From positions 1,554,546-1,618,545 of the forward strand of contig NW_019091355.1 of assembly GCF_001949145.1 (NCBI RefSeq): DNA of 64,000 bases, written 5' to 3'. The notes beneath the pieces are model-generated. The model had not been told where the DNA came from, made no database searches, and saw only the letters and a list, made by a program, of their open reading frames with translations. This document shows positions 52,201 through 64,000 of the stretch, in pieces. The stretch comes from Acanthaster planci. Its lineage: Eukaryota. How positions within the stretch are numbered: position 1 is the first letter of the stretch; each line of letters begins with the position of its first letter. Both the position numbers and the translations under genes were made by a program.

Positions 52201-55200
52201 CCAGTTTGATGACTTTGTTCTCGCTGAGACGGAATCTAGGAGAACAGGACACAGTGCTACGATTTTCCCCTCCAATTCTGTTTGACCCTTGTTTATCAAT
52301 TGTGTTCACTTTCCAATAAATACTTAGTCTTAAAATTACACAAGGAAAACTAAACTTTTTTTAGGCAAATGGCTTGCTAATTCTCAACGGAAAGGCTCAT
52401 GCTATCAAATCAAACCACAACAGACAGCTCAGAAGTATCAAAGTTGTAAGATAAAAGATGGAGAATGTCAAAAGAGTGCCTTTGCCACAGTTCATTGGTA
52501 TAGCTTGTGAGTTGACTGGATTCATGATTGGCCTGCAATTGCCCTCTGATTGTTAAATGGTGCAGAAGTTCCTGGAAAAAAAAATAATTTAGCCCCATAC
52601 CTTGCAAGAAGGGCGTTGAACTGTTTTGTGCTGATGAAGCGGCCTGCGAAAGTGATGAGGATGCGATTTAAGGCCTCGCGACTGACGATGCCCCGACCTT
52701 CAGGGTCATTGGACACAAAGAGCTTCCGCAGCTCAAAGTAAGACTTCTTCACCTTTTCACGGAGAATCATCTCAATCTGTGAAACACAAGAGAAAAAATG
52801 ATTTGGACAGATGATTAGGAGAAATGCTGTGCAATTAACCATGAATAATTCAAAGTGAACAATGACGCACTTTTAATTGGTGGCAGCAGTGGGATGAGGT
52901 CTACATGTGCATGCCAAATGCATTGATTGCTCAACATACCTCATCAACTTCAAGTCGTACTCTGGTTTCTGGTCTGGACATGCGAGAGGCCACGCTAACA
53001 GCCCGATTCTCTGCCCGACTTGTCAAGTCAGCCCGAGAGCCTGAAGACAGCAAAAATTTAAAAAAACAAAATTCAAATTAACGTTGGTTGCTTAGAAGCC
53101 CCTGTGAAAATGTCCATGCAACCAAAGAAACTATAAATTTCAAAGAACCATTGTACCATTGAAAAGAGGCAGGTTATTGCAACAGCAAAATCTGAAAGTA
53201 AAACTCTTGCCTGCCAGACATTTTGAAAAGTAATATTCTTGCATGTTGATGCTCAGGTTGAAACATATTTGCTTAGCCACCATGGTATAAGCTATAGTCA
53301 ATAATCATACTGTGCAGCTCTATTGTGACATAGGAGGTTTCTGCATGCTACACATTATTATTTTAATACAACTCAATATATTTTAATGTCTTGAACATGA
53401 GAACAATGTTCTAGCATTTTATCTGATCAAATTATCCTAATACCCACTCCCTCATGTTGATCTTAAACAAGGATAAACGGATTACAGATGTATGGACATG
53501 TCACACCAATTGTCCACAATCATGGGACAGCAGCTTAACTGTAGCTGAAGTAAACCCTATTCAATTGTTGGCTGGTTAGAAAAAAATCTTGTCAATTAGT
53601 AAAGTGAACTAAAATGTTGACTCTCCGACACATGTGACACATTTGAAACTCCTCTCTGAACGATCTACGCGTGCGCTTTCAATGTTGCGAATATTCCTGG
53701 TATTGCGACTTTGGGTATGAGCCTGACTACAGGAATGTGCCATTGTTGTGTGGCATGACATGTTTGTGGCTTCTGAGCTGCATCTCCATATCCAAAACAC
53801 AAACAATGATACCAACACTGAGTTACCACGTAGGGCAGCATAGCCCAGTTATGAGCAACTCAATGGTTTTGCAGAGATCCAAACTGTGAATGATGCTCAA
53901 GTCAAATTGATTCCTTCCTCTACAAATTGAATAATGTAATTCCATTTTTTTCTTAAAGATTCTAAAGTCAAGTGGGAAGTGTGAAGTAAAATGTCATCAG
54001 ATTTTCATGGTCAGTTTACATCTACCATTTCATTTAAGTGTGTGATAAAAACCACCCAAATCTCCAGCTGCAATTATACACATATGACAAATTGGGTTGC
54101 CGACGTCCGAACCAAAACATGAAAACTAATACATCACCTGTCACTGACAGGTGAATTTGCACAGTGTAGTGCGTAAATTTCAAGGCGCGTGTCGACAGAT
54201 AATCAATGTGGTCATTAGCACAGACAGCAGTCTCTTTGCTACGCACACAAGGTGCCGTTCCTGGAGGGCATTTGCTGGATAAGTGGAGGAGAGAGAATTG
54301 CCAAGAGACCACAGTCAGAAGCAACTGCAAAAATATTGAAACAGGCTGTTGATTTTGTGACAATAACAGCGCTGGAAATTGCCTGCGCTGCTTTATTACC
54401 ATCAAGTGTCAGAATGAATGGAACTCTAGCCCTTTCACTTCTTTGAAAAGGCAGGCTGTTCGTAGGTTTGCCAGAATTAGTCACAGTTCTGCTCAGCATT
54501 TGAATATGATAATGATTGTTTACAATCAGCTTTATGCAGAACTGCAGATCAAGATAATTGATAAAGGAAGGCCAATGATGAAGACAGTTCCTCTTAAATA
54601 TCATTAAGATGAATCCAAACCTGTTTTAAAAATCATGTCCTATTTTGTACATCCACTGGGCCTCCTTTTAAATAGCGTTTCCTTTTTTTAGAAGAAGTAT
54701 AAAATTAATTTGTCATCCCTATCATTTATGTTGTCCACTTTGGGCAAATTTCGCCAAAAAATGACTAATATAAATTGTCTTACATGTGGTGCTTGTTCTG
54801 CATTTCTAGACCTGTCTTTGTCCTTATCATTTTTGATAACGAATGGGCTTAAAGTTCAATGAGTTCACCTGTTCAGGTTTTTTTTTAATCAAAAGGAACC
54901 ACCAATGAAGCTGTCATAAAATATGTCCAATGTTCTCCTCGCACGAAGGGAAAAATCTTACATGTATGACAGAGTGAAATGTCATGTGGAAGTCATGTGA
55001 AGCAATGAAAACCATGCCAAAAAACATTCAGTAGTTTTTCCTTATGTCAAAGCCCACGGGAAATATTGAAATATGTAAAGGTAAATTGGTATGCTTCTCA
55101 GTCCCGGAACTCAAGTACGTGAGGGGAGGGTAGGTCATTGTAGAAATACTCTTAAGAGTCGTAACTTATTTTGAAAGGATTTTTAAAGAATATTTTTTAT

Positions 55201-55788
55201 GTTTCTGTAATGCAAAGTCATGCTGCTTCATCATGTTTTCAATAACTGACCATCATTTATTTAGGTTTTATGTTGTGAAAAAAGGGGCATCACCTCGGTT
55301 GGCATTATTCTAATATGCAATATCGACAGATTTTTTTAAAGTAAAATGCAGTGAAAAAGATGGAACTGTATGTTATCCATTCAAGATATAGAAAGGTGGA
55401 ATTTAGGGGTGAAAATCTTACCGAACACTGGCAATCTTGTCTTGGTCTGATCTTCGGCTTCCACCACCTCCACACCCTCGGGGATGTTGGAGAACGGCCG
55501 GGGGATCTTCGGGAGTGACCGGCGGGCGGCTTCGCCCCCGGCACCCAATCCACCGGCAGACACCGACAGACGGGGGGCTGAGAAGCTCATCTGCGGCTCA
55601 CCAAGGGCCGGGTGGCTACCAGGCCGTGCCCCTTGTTGGCTGGCCAGGCCGCGGACATTCAGCTTCTCTGGGTTGCCCAGACGGGACAGCGGGTGCTGGA
55701 TCTCCGGCAGGTTGGTGGGGACACCATGGCTAGATCTGGGCCCCACGTTCAGCACGGACGCCGGCCGGGAAATGACAGCTTGCGACAT
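46219..55788 (-). CDS. EFCAB6: EF-hand calcium-binding domain-containing protein 6-like, 16 exons, 948 aa
   Basis: Exons (high to low) 55788-55422, 53040-52940, 52776-52601, 52235-52056, 51835-51698, 51576-51431, 50927-50791, 50528-50326, 49891-49775, 49299-49123, 48996-48837, 48594-48470, 47968-47725, 47449-47277, 46994-46823, 46449-46219. All GT-AG, one continuous 2847-nt frame. Serial degenerate EF-hand pairs (DPEGRGIVSREAL, DTDGLGVIKGERL, DIEKKGEVELSKF, DVYGTGFISKEEF) and C-terminus WRTLRRAFKKMDLGHTGYLSLPEFRNVL..INYNKFL resemble EFCAB6. Orthology is not proven. Confidence 0.8.
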
Positions 55789-56007
55789 GCTTAGATCACG
55801 CGCCGTTCTTCATCAAAATTGGACCTAAAAATCTTCTCAATTCTTAACACTCTGAAGCGATGCACAATTTCAAAAAACATCTGCTGTCTAGACTTGAAAA
55901 TGGACTTGTATGCGTTGCCAACACGCTCAGTGGCTATCCAGCTTTTCATGGGCATGCCAGGCGGTTTGTCTGTGGATTGTGTACACCGAGTGATCACCAC
56001 GACGGTG

Positions 56008-56022
56008 GTTGTTACGGGCAAC
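56008..56022. promoter_or_regulatory. Candidate RFX X-box
   Basis: GTTGTT-ACG-GGCAAC, an imperfect palindrome 220 bp upstream of the EFCAB6-like ATG. Confidence 0.55.
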
Positions 56023-59000
56023 GGGACCCTATTGATATTTAAATTAGCTATGGGTGCAGCGCTTTGACTCAGAGGGGGGTGAACGCCACATAAAACAAAA
56101 GTTATGTTTCCACGAGTAAATTTGGAGAAGTGGCTCCGCGGAATTTTTTTTTACAAACGAATAACAATTCATCGCGTAAGTCATTACTTGTGTTGGTATT
56201 TGACGATTTTTGGATACAGTTATGTATTGACGTAAATAGGCCTAGAGCTTTTGATGAAAAACACTGCTGTGTATCAAACATAATGCACACATTTCTTTGA
56301 TGTACAGTACACGTACATGTACAGTATGTTACCCCTGATTCATGGAAAATGCTTGGAAGTTGAGGAATAAGGAACAATACTTTTTTTCGAGGAAGCGGTT
56401 TTCCCGCTCGGCAACATACCTGATCTAATTACATTACTCCGCGCGCAGTTCTAAGGTGACCCTAAAAGAGTACTGTAATCAACGCAACCAAGCGGAGAAC
56501 TAGCCTGTGTTTGTAACATAGCGGTGATTTGATATAGTCATGTACACAAACAAATGTCTAGCCGCAGCTACTGTTGCGAAAAGGGTAATAAAAAAAACGT
56601 AATTGTCTGGAACAGCCGCTACAAAGAGTATATCTTCAATGTCATTTGAATTTTACGATATGTGTAGCGGTGGAAAAATGGACATATGTGCTTTCGGGGA
56701 TGAATGGCACGCGTAGTTTGTACCCTTCGTGAACGTATAATGCGTAGGAGCATGGAGCTATTAAACAGATTAATTTTGCCTCTGTGGATGGGGAAGAACT
56801 CCAGTGACCTGAGAAATTATTCAACATCAAAAGTTGTCACCGGTATCAATGGAAGCCATAACAGTGGCAGAAATAATGGTAACAGCAGCGGAAGCAAAAA
56901 GAAACTAACATAGCAGCAACAAGTTAACATTCCAAACTCAACAACGCCATCACAAACACAGAATTAAAATCAGTTCATTTAAAGGCAAGGCTTCATTTAA
57001 TCTACTGATGCTTAAGAAGCACACAGTAGACCTCAAGATAAAATGAAATTCAACGGTCTAACTGTGACAGATTATTCCGATTGAAGTGCTGAAACAATGC
57101 TACAAATCTTCCAAAATTACAGCTTTCACACCCCTTCAAAAATGAAAACACAAAAAGGCCAACCTTACATCAAACAGATAAATAAAAACTAACAAAACAG
57201 ATGCAAAACATGTCCTTCTTGGTCAGGTCTCTCTTATCACTGATTAAAAATCAGCAACCCATGTCAAAGCACCATAAAGTAAAAGAAGACTGCAACAAAT
57301 AATACATGGAGTAGGTTCATATACACATCTCTCAAGAGTTCACTTTTTTTAAAATACATTCCGGTTTTATCAATTTGGTATTTGACACCAGACTTAAATA
57401 TCCTCTAATCACAAATAGCCTGCCTACATTAACTTGACATGCAGTTTCTGATACTTCACACATAATGCCAATCTAGACTCACGGTTTGCATGTGCCTTAA
57501 TTACAAATTAAATTATTCAATAAAATTAAAGTCTCTGATTTCTGTATGACGTTTTTTTTTTACATTTGTACACAGCCTTTGAAAAGCAGAGATTACATTG
57601 ATGCTGTACATATTTACATGCAAAATATTAAGTAAAATGTGAAAATAAACATACACCCTGGGTTATATGGGGAATATGAGATGCCAATATAAACAAAGAG
57701 GTCTAACGTTCCGACAGAAACTGGGCTTTAACACTAAATATTTGGACTTTGATTACAAAGAAATGTTAGCCGTATTTTGCCACTACAGACAGTGTGGTTA
57801 GATCCTTTTCAAAGTCCTCCAAATGTACTGATGTATAGGGTACTTAAGTTAGGATAACATCCCTAAAACCAGACAGTTTGCTTTTTATGATGGGCAAAAT
57901 TGTGTGCATCTGAATAAAAAACAACCAAGTTGGAAATATCAACACAGTTGCGAAAATACATTGAATGTCTGTGTCAAACCAATAGGCCAAAAGTCTCACT
58001 CATTCAAAACAATCGGTGGACAGAGCCAGCAAGCTTCCTACCATAACATCCCACACTTCAATACATTTGGAGGCTTGAAAAAGGGCTTGACTACAACATT
58101 GCCTACATCAATACTTAATCAGTAAAGCACCTGCCCATTGGTAGTCAGACTTTGTGCATGACACTTTTCTAAAACTAATACTTGTTGACATGAAAAAGTA
58201 TAAGATAATAAAACTGCTCTGTCAATAAGTTCCAGGGCACTACTGGTCTGGAACTTTTTTGGAGTTTAGAGGAGATAAAGAGTCGCTTGTTACACTTCCA
58301 AGAACTTTAGGGCTAGACTGTATTAGACCCCATAGATATTTTGCTCCCGTTCATTTGTACAACATTGAGATCGAGAACCAACTTAGTTTCAAGTTCTGCC
58401 TTCAGGTTCCGTCATGCAGTTGTACAAGGCGGAAAGGGAATTTTAGATCCTCAACACAAAATGCTGTCTGGCCCATCCACAAAACTGCTTTTATATCAAC
58501 TGTTTCAAAAACTTCTGCTGTAATGTGAGGGATTACTATCACAACCTCTGCCCATACTTTTGCAATTTTTTTCTGTAATCTAACTAATTCAGATAACTTT
58601 CCTATTTACGGTCAACCAATGCTACAACATTTTCAAGGTTTCTGCATTTCAGATCCTCGAAAATTTCTCACATTTTAGTCACTACCCCCCCCCCAAAATA
58701 TGCTAGAACTATGCTTGGGTTGTTTCAATCTTGATATCGGCAATTTTAACGCAAATCTCTGCTCACCTGTAACTTTTCTCAACCTACTTCAAAAACTGCT
58801 CTCTCGGAGAACAAACAGAATCTTAAAAATCAACCAAAAGGTAAAAATGTATTTCATGCTATGCAGTTGAAGGCAATAGTGGCAGATGAATTCTAGGAAA
58901 AAGCAATCTCCAACATTACTGCTGAAACACGTACTTGAAGTAAAAGCAAAATGTACGTTGTTTGCAAGCACCAGCTGTTGCGAATCAAGAAAACAAAGAC

Positions 59001-59734
59001 AGAACAGAACAAATGGCCAAAAATGGCACAGAAATGGCACAACAACACGTCCAGCAAATTGGTTTCCGACCATGCATAAAGCTCTCTTAGCATGTCTTGC
59101 AATTAAAGGGAACTTAACGATAGCACATGATGGAATTCCTATAAAGACAGTCTTCTTGCCTTGATGGAATCATATCTGACATATCTACAACAATACTCTC
59201 GGTGCAATTGACTCAGACAGGAATATAACTTTAAATAACTTCTTGCACAAGTGTATATATTTGAGACAGGTAAATTTTTTCACACACTACGTTTCACGGT
59301 GCTGCATTTCACTTTTATGCCACAAAAGACGACTCACAAATTTGCTTCTCATCCAGTGACTATATTACAGAGAAATTGAACAAATAGGAATGTAGAAGGC
59401 AGTACATTGTTTTAAAGGGTTCCTTCAAAGCCACCATACTTGAGTACCCCAAAAACCCAATGTGAATGTGAAGAGTGTCACCTTTTTCATGTGTCTGAAA
59501 TCAGTAAATAGGCTAATCATAACCTTTTCAAGTGAACCTTGCACCGGAAATACAACCTTTGATGTCTTAACACCTGCTAAACTCTTCAAATAATTCATAA
59601 AGGGCGCAGGATTTGTTCTTGGGGAGGTTTTTTTTAAATACATGTAGAATTTATGGCTACAAAGAACAGATCTGAATTTACATCAATGTGAACACACAGA
59701 ACACTACAAAGCACTACAACCTTCAACATGTGCA

Positions 59735-62700
59735 CTATGATACCGAATAGCGTTGTAGGAGCTCTGTGTGGCACCGGTCGCAGCAGCGTACCGGCTTGGC
59801 AAAGGCTGGCAGGGGCATCACGTTCTCGGAGCAGGAGTTGCAGAAGATTCCTCCACAGTTACGACAGTGATGCTGTTGGGGGGGTGGGGAGGAGGGGATN
59901 NNNNNNNNNNNNNNNNNNNNNNNNNNNNNNNNNNNNNNNNNNNNNNNNNNNNNNNNNNNNNNNNNNNNNNNNNNNNNNNNNNNNNNNNNNNNNNNNNNNN
60001 NNNNNNNNNNNNNNNNNNNNNNNNNNNNNNNNNNNNNNNNNNNNNNNNNNNNNNNNNNNNNNNNNNNNNNNNNNNNNNNNNNNNNNNNNNNNNNNNNNNN
60101 NNNCACTTCTAGTTTATTTTAAGACGCGCAATTTATTTCCTTGCTAGTGAGAAAATCTGCGAGTATCTAAAATTGAAGCAGAACATTCAATGCCTGGGGA
60201 GTCAATTCTGACACTTTAATGCTGCTTTTATTGAAACTAAACCTACCTTTCTCCTTGAGACAGAGAAGGCTTTTTCACACTGCATGCAGCTAGTTATCTC
60301 CTTGTCGTCAGCCCACACCCTCTTATCCAGGGACTGTACTGCTTCCTGCATGCTCTCCATTTTCAACCTCGATCTTCAGAAGGAGAAATAAGAAGCAGAA
60401 GCAGTAGATTCTATGTTTTCAACACTGGTTGGTTAAGAGAGCAATGATGAATCGTTCAGATTGAAAAATGGAACAACATATGTGACCAGCAGCTTGTCTC
60501 CATCCAATCTTTGGAAGATTCCGGAACAATTTGAATTACAGGTGCTGAATGTGTGACACACAGCTGCCCGGTTACTTTCATCAACCCCTTCAACAGACTA
60601 GTGGCAGACCCGTACACAGCGACCACAGTCCCCCCAACCTCACCAAGACTTGCTTACATACTTTTGCTTGGCTCCTTCATCGTCTTGATCTGCGACTGCT
60701 CAAGACCCGTGCTTTCTTCTCTCAACTTCTGGTGTTGCCTGGTCAGCCCTCCCCTTCCTTCCTTAAAACTAGACTCCAACCCAAACATCCCCTCGTCAAG
60801 ACTTACTCGCTCAGCTTGTCGCCCATCTCGATCAGCGCCTGCTCCTGGCCTGAGCACTCCTCTCTCAACTTTTGGTGTTGCCTGGTCACTTCCACCAGCT
60901 CGTCCTGCAGCTTCTTGGCATCCAGTGTCTCCCGCTGCAGTTGGGCCACAAGCTCCTTCTCCCTGGACAGCTCCTTCTGCAGCGAGGCCCGCCACTCCCG
61001 CTCAATCTTCAGATCCGTCTCCAAGGCCGCACTGAAGACGACAACAAATCCAAAAGCGTGACATACTCACCCCCTTTCTTAGCTGTACCTACATCCTTCA
61101 CATCAACCAAGAATATGCCTTAAAGAAAGGTTATCACTTAAGTGATTGCCAGTCAGACACCTCAGACAAGGCCAAGCTAAAGCCATGTCTCCATCACTTG
61201 GCTGCATCTGCAAAGACCACGTGCACCTATGGAAGCCGTCAGCTAGCGGCTTCATTCCTTTTTCATAGACTTACACCTATTTCCAGCCACAGCCATGTAA
61301 TTTGGACACAGCATGCTCTTAATGTATTCTAATGAACCATTTGGAGTCACCATTGGAAATGAGGCAAGTCAAAACATGATAGCTAACAATACACAGGCTT
61401 GGTACTTTGGCAAGATTTGTACTATTCCACGGTAGATATCACTACCTGTGGAGACTTCACAGAAACTCAACCATAACACTGTGTTTGACTGCATGAAACA
61501 AAACAAAAATACTTCACATTTCTTCACTGTGATTATAAAGACATGAAACAGCGACTCGGGAGGGTTAGATGATGCAACACTGACTACTGGTGGCACACAC
61601 AAAAGTGTATCAGAGGGCTTACCGCTTGGCGTCCTTCTCCGCTATTTGCTGTCCCAACTTTCGGGAGGTTTCAACAGCGGCCTCTTTCTCTTTTTCGGCC
61701 TTCTTCAGTCTGTTGTGTGGGTCATGCGGAAGGGGGGTCACAGAAAAAGTGCGCCACCAGCGTGCGAGCGAGTGAGTCACGGACACCAACAGCCAAACAA
61801 TCACAGGGGGGGCCACAGGATGCAAGAATGGAAGGAAGGGGAAAAAAATAAAACCAGAACAAAAAGGTGAGTCCTTCAAAAGAAAAAAATGGGTTTTGTT
61901 TGTTTTACAGCAGGCAACGGTGCAAGGCGCATGAAGAGATATTTTGACCATGTTGTAAATTGTTCACCAAGAAAACTCTGAGATTGAAAGATGAATGACA
62001 GAAAGCACAGGATATTTCATAATTTCATAAATGTGATATTATTGATACCACTAGAAATTATGAGCACTTATTGATACGTATCAGTACATTTACCACAAAA
62101 CCATGCAAAACGATAAAACTCAGATTACTGACACAGCACATAACACTTGTATGACAACCTTCGATGAGTTTTATATTTCAAAAGGTGCTATGCATGAAAA
62201 GCACATGCACAACACACACCTACCTTTCCCAATTTTGTCTTTTGCTTAAATTTTAGCCAGGCAAGGCCAAATTTTTTACTCTTTTGAAAAAACTTATATG
62301 TCTGAGACTGACAAGGCAATATCTCATTCGAGAAATAAAAAGAGTGATTTCTCTTTAACTTCAGAACTTTCAGTCCTAGAGAAACACGTATCTATTACCA
62401 GATACACCAAGTATAAGAAATTTAAATAGAATGTGTGCCAGTCTACCTCCAAACTCATGGCATGCACGACCTGTGAGAAAATATCTGCCACCTACGTGGC
62501 AAAAGAGGGCGCTACACTGACCTTTCCTCTATCTGAGTGATGGTGGCTCCCATTTGTTCAGCCTTTTCCTCAAGTTTGTTGACAAGATCCGCCTTGTGCT
62601 GAAGAGAACTGTCCGAGGACTACATGGAATTCAGATCAGAAAAAAAGACAGACCATGTCCTCAATGAGCAGGTACACAGGTATATGTCCCACATGGTGTG

Positions 62701-63951
62701 AGGACACATCAAAGTCCACACACTCTGCTCGAAGTTTTCCTAATGGATGAAACCTGCACCACAATACTGTAGAGACCAGGGAACAGGGAGAATACAGGCA
62801 CTTGTTGGGTCTCTTGACAGCAAGCCAAAGTAAACACTCTGTGGAGAAGGATGTAGATACCTGTAGTCTATTGTAGAGGTCTATATTGATGGTCTTGATG
62901 TCCTCCAGCTGTTTCCGTAAGGAGATGATCGTGTCTTGTTTCTCGTGGATGTCCTTCTCCAGCAGTCTCATGGCCATCTCCATCTCAGACTTCAAGCTTA
63001 GTTGCAACTTTAGTTCCTGCTCCACATCCTGATTGGTTCAAAGTGACGGTATGCATATTCATGATCAGACTCATGACTTTAAAACCCATGCCAAGTCAAG
63101 CTCCTGCTCTCCATCCTGATTGGTTGAAAGTTAAAGTATGCATATTCATGACAAAATTCATCAAGCATGGCTTTCAAACACATTGGTTCTTCAGCTGTTG
63201 CTTCATATCATCATTAGTTCAAAATAAGGGAGCATCGAAAAAGTCTAGAAAATTCATGTACTACTGGATTGCTTCCACAGGAGCACGAGCATTCCATCGG
63301 CACATCTACTCATTGCGGGACCAGTCTGCTTCATGCATAGACCATTCTGAGGTAGCAATCTAATGGAAATACTGTGGTCAGTGTGAAACAGCCACCTGAG
63401 TTGCAGTGAGAAGCCTTCCGAAGGGAATGTTCCAACCGTTCAGAATTATGAAACCCTCCCTACAAAGCATGCATTTTTATGACCTTACATGTACATGTTA
63501 ATTTACCGTATGCACATTCAAGCTGTACATCTTATGCAGATGTTCCGCGCAATGACGACAGACTGAAGGGGATTGCTTTACTTGTCTTTATTTCTCTTGG
63601 TTTGTGGTCATGAAGGAAGTCTGAATGCGCTGAATAGGCCTTAAGTGTAAAAGCAAGGGTTTGAGGGCAAGGGTTTTTATCACTAGGATGGGCTTGAGCA
63701 AACCTTTTGTGCATCCACTGTGACAAAAATGAAATAAAGAACAACTCTGGGACACACGCAACACTGAAAGGGTCTACTCTCTTTAGAAGCCGGCCCGCTG
63801 ACCACGAATGTCGTGAGTTTACAGACAGGTTTACCTGTCTGACTTGAGCCTCATGTTGTAGCTTGTCCTGCGCCTCACCGTACAACTCATTCAGACCGAT
63901 CCTTGAGGTGTTGTAGGTTTCCCTTTCAACGTCCATGTCAGCCCTCACAAT
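59735..63951 (-). CDS. RUFY2: RUN and FYVE domain-containing protein (RUFY1/2-like), 3' part; gene continues beyond the window
   Basis: Exons 63951-63835, 63028-62861, 62619-62522, 61709-61623, 61031-60807, 60373-60247, 59872-59735 (in phase). Peptides [34 protein letters not shown] and [16 protein letters not shown] finger [41 protein letters not shown]. Probably the single invertebrate RUFY, so the paralog number is nominal. Confidence 0.9.
59900..60103. other. Assembly gap (N run) within the last RUFY intron
   Basis: Run of n characters; the flanking exons join in frame (RRK|HHC). Confidence 1.
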
Positions 63952-64000
63952 CTACAAAAAGATAAACAGGAGCACTGGTACCCCATCTCAAAAGCATGAT

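Overview
Eukaryotic, intron-rich invertebrate-type animal genomic DNA with two assembly gaps; most ORF-track entries are spurious. Six spliced protein-coding genes can be rebuilt by hand from GT-AG boundaries and continuous reading frames: (1) a 9-exon secreted cysteine-rich Pinhead-family gene (+, 1759-10514, 363 aa) that is only fragmentarily visible in the ORF track; (2) directly downstream on the same strand, a 5-exon ADMP-type BMP/TGF-beta ligand (+, 20332-34426, 493 aa, 11.5-kb first intron); (3) CHCHD1/mS37 (-, 37689-38989) head-to-head with (4) METTL14 (+, 39186-43793); (5) a 16-exon EFCAB6-like EF-hand gene (-, 46219-55788); (6) the 3' part of a RUFY coiled-coil/FYVE gene (-, 59735 to beyond the window end). 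The main system is the tandem Pinhead-Admp antagonist/ligand cassette. This linkage is already known from other animals, so it is not new as such, but here the intergenic DNA also holds an exact Smad/Schnurri silencer-type element and an activator-type element. MITE-like elements, a tRNA-derived SINE and small tandem repeats are also present. Gene identities come from my recognition of motifs; no searches were run.
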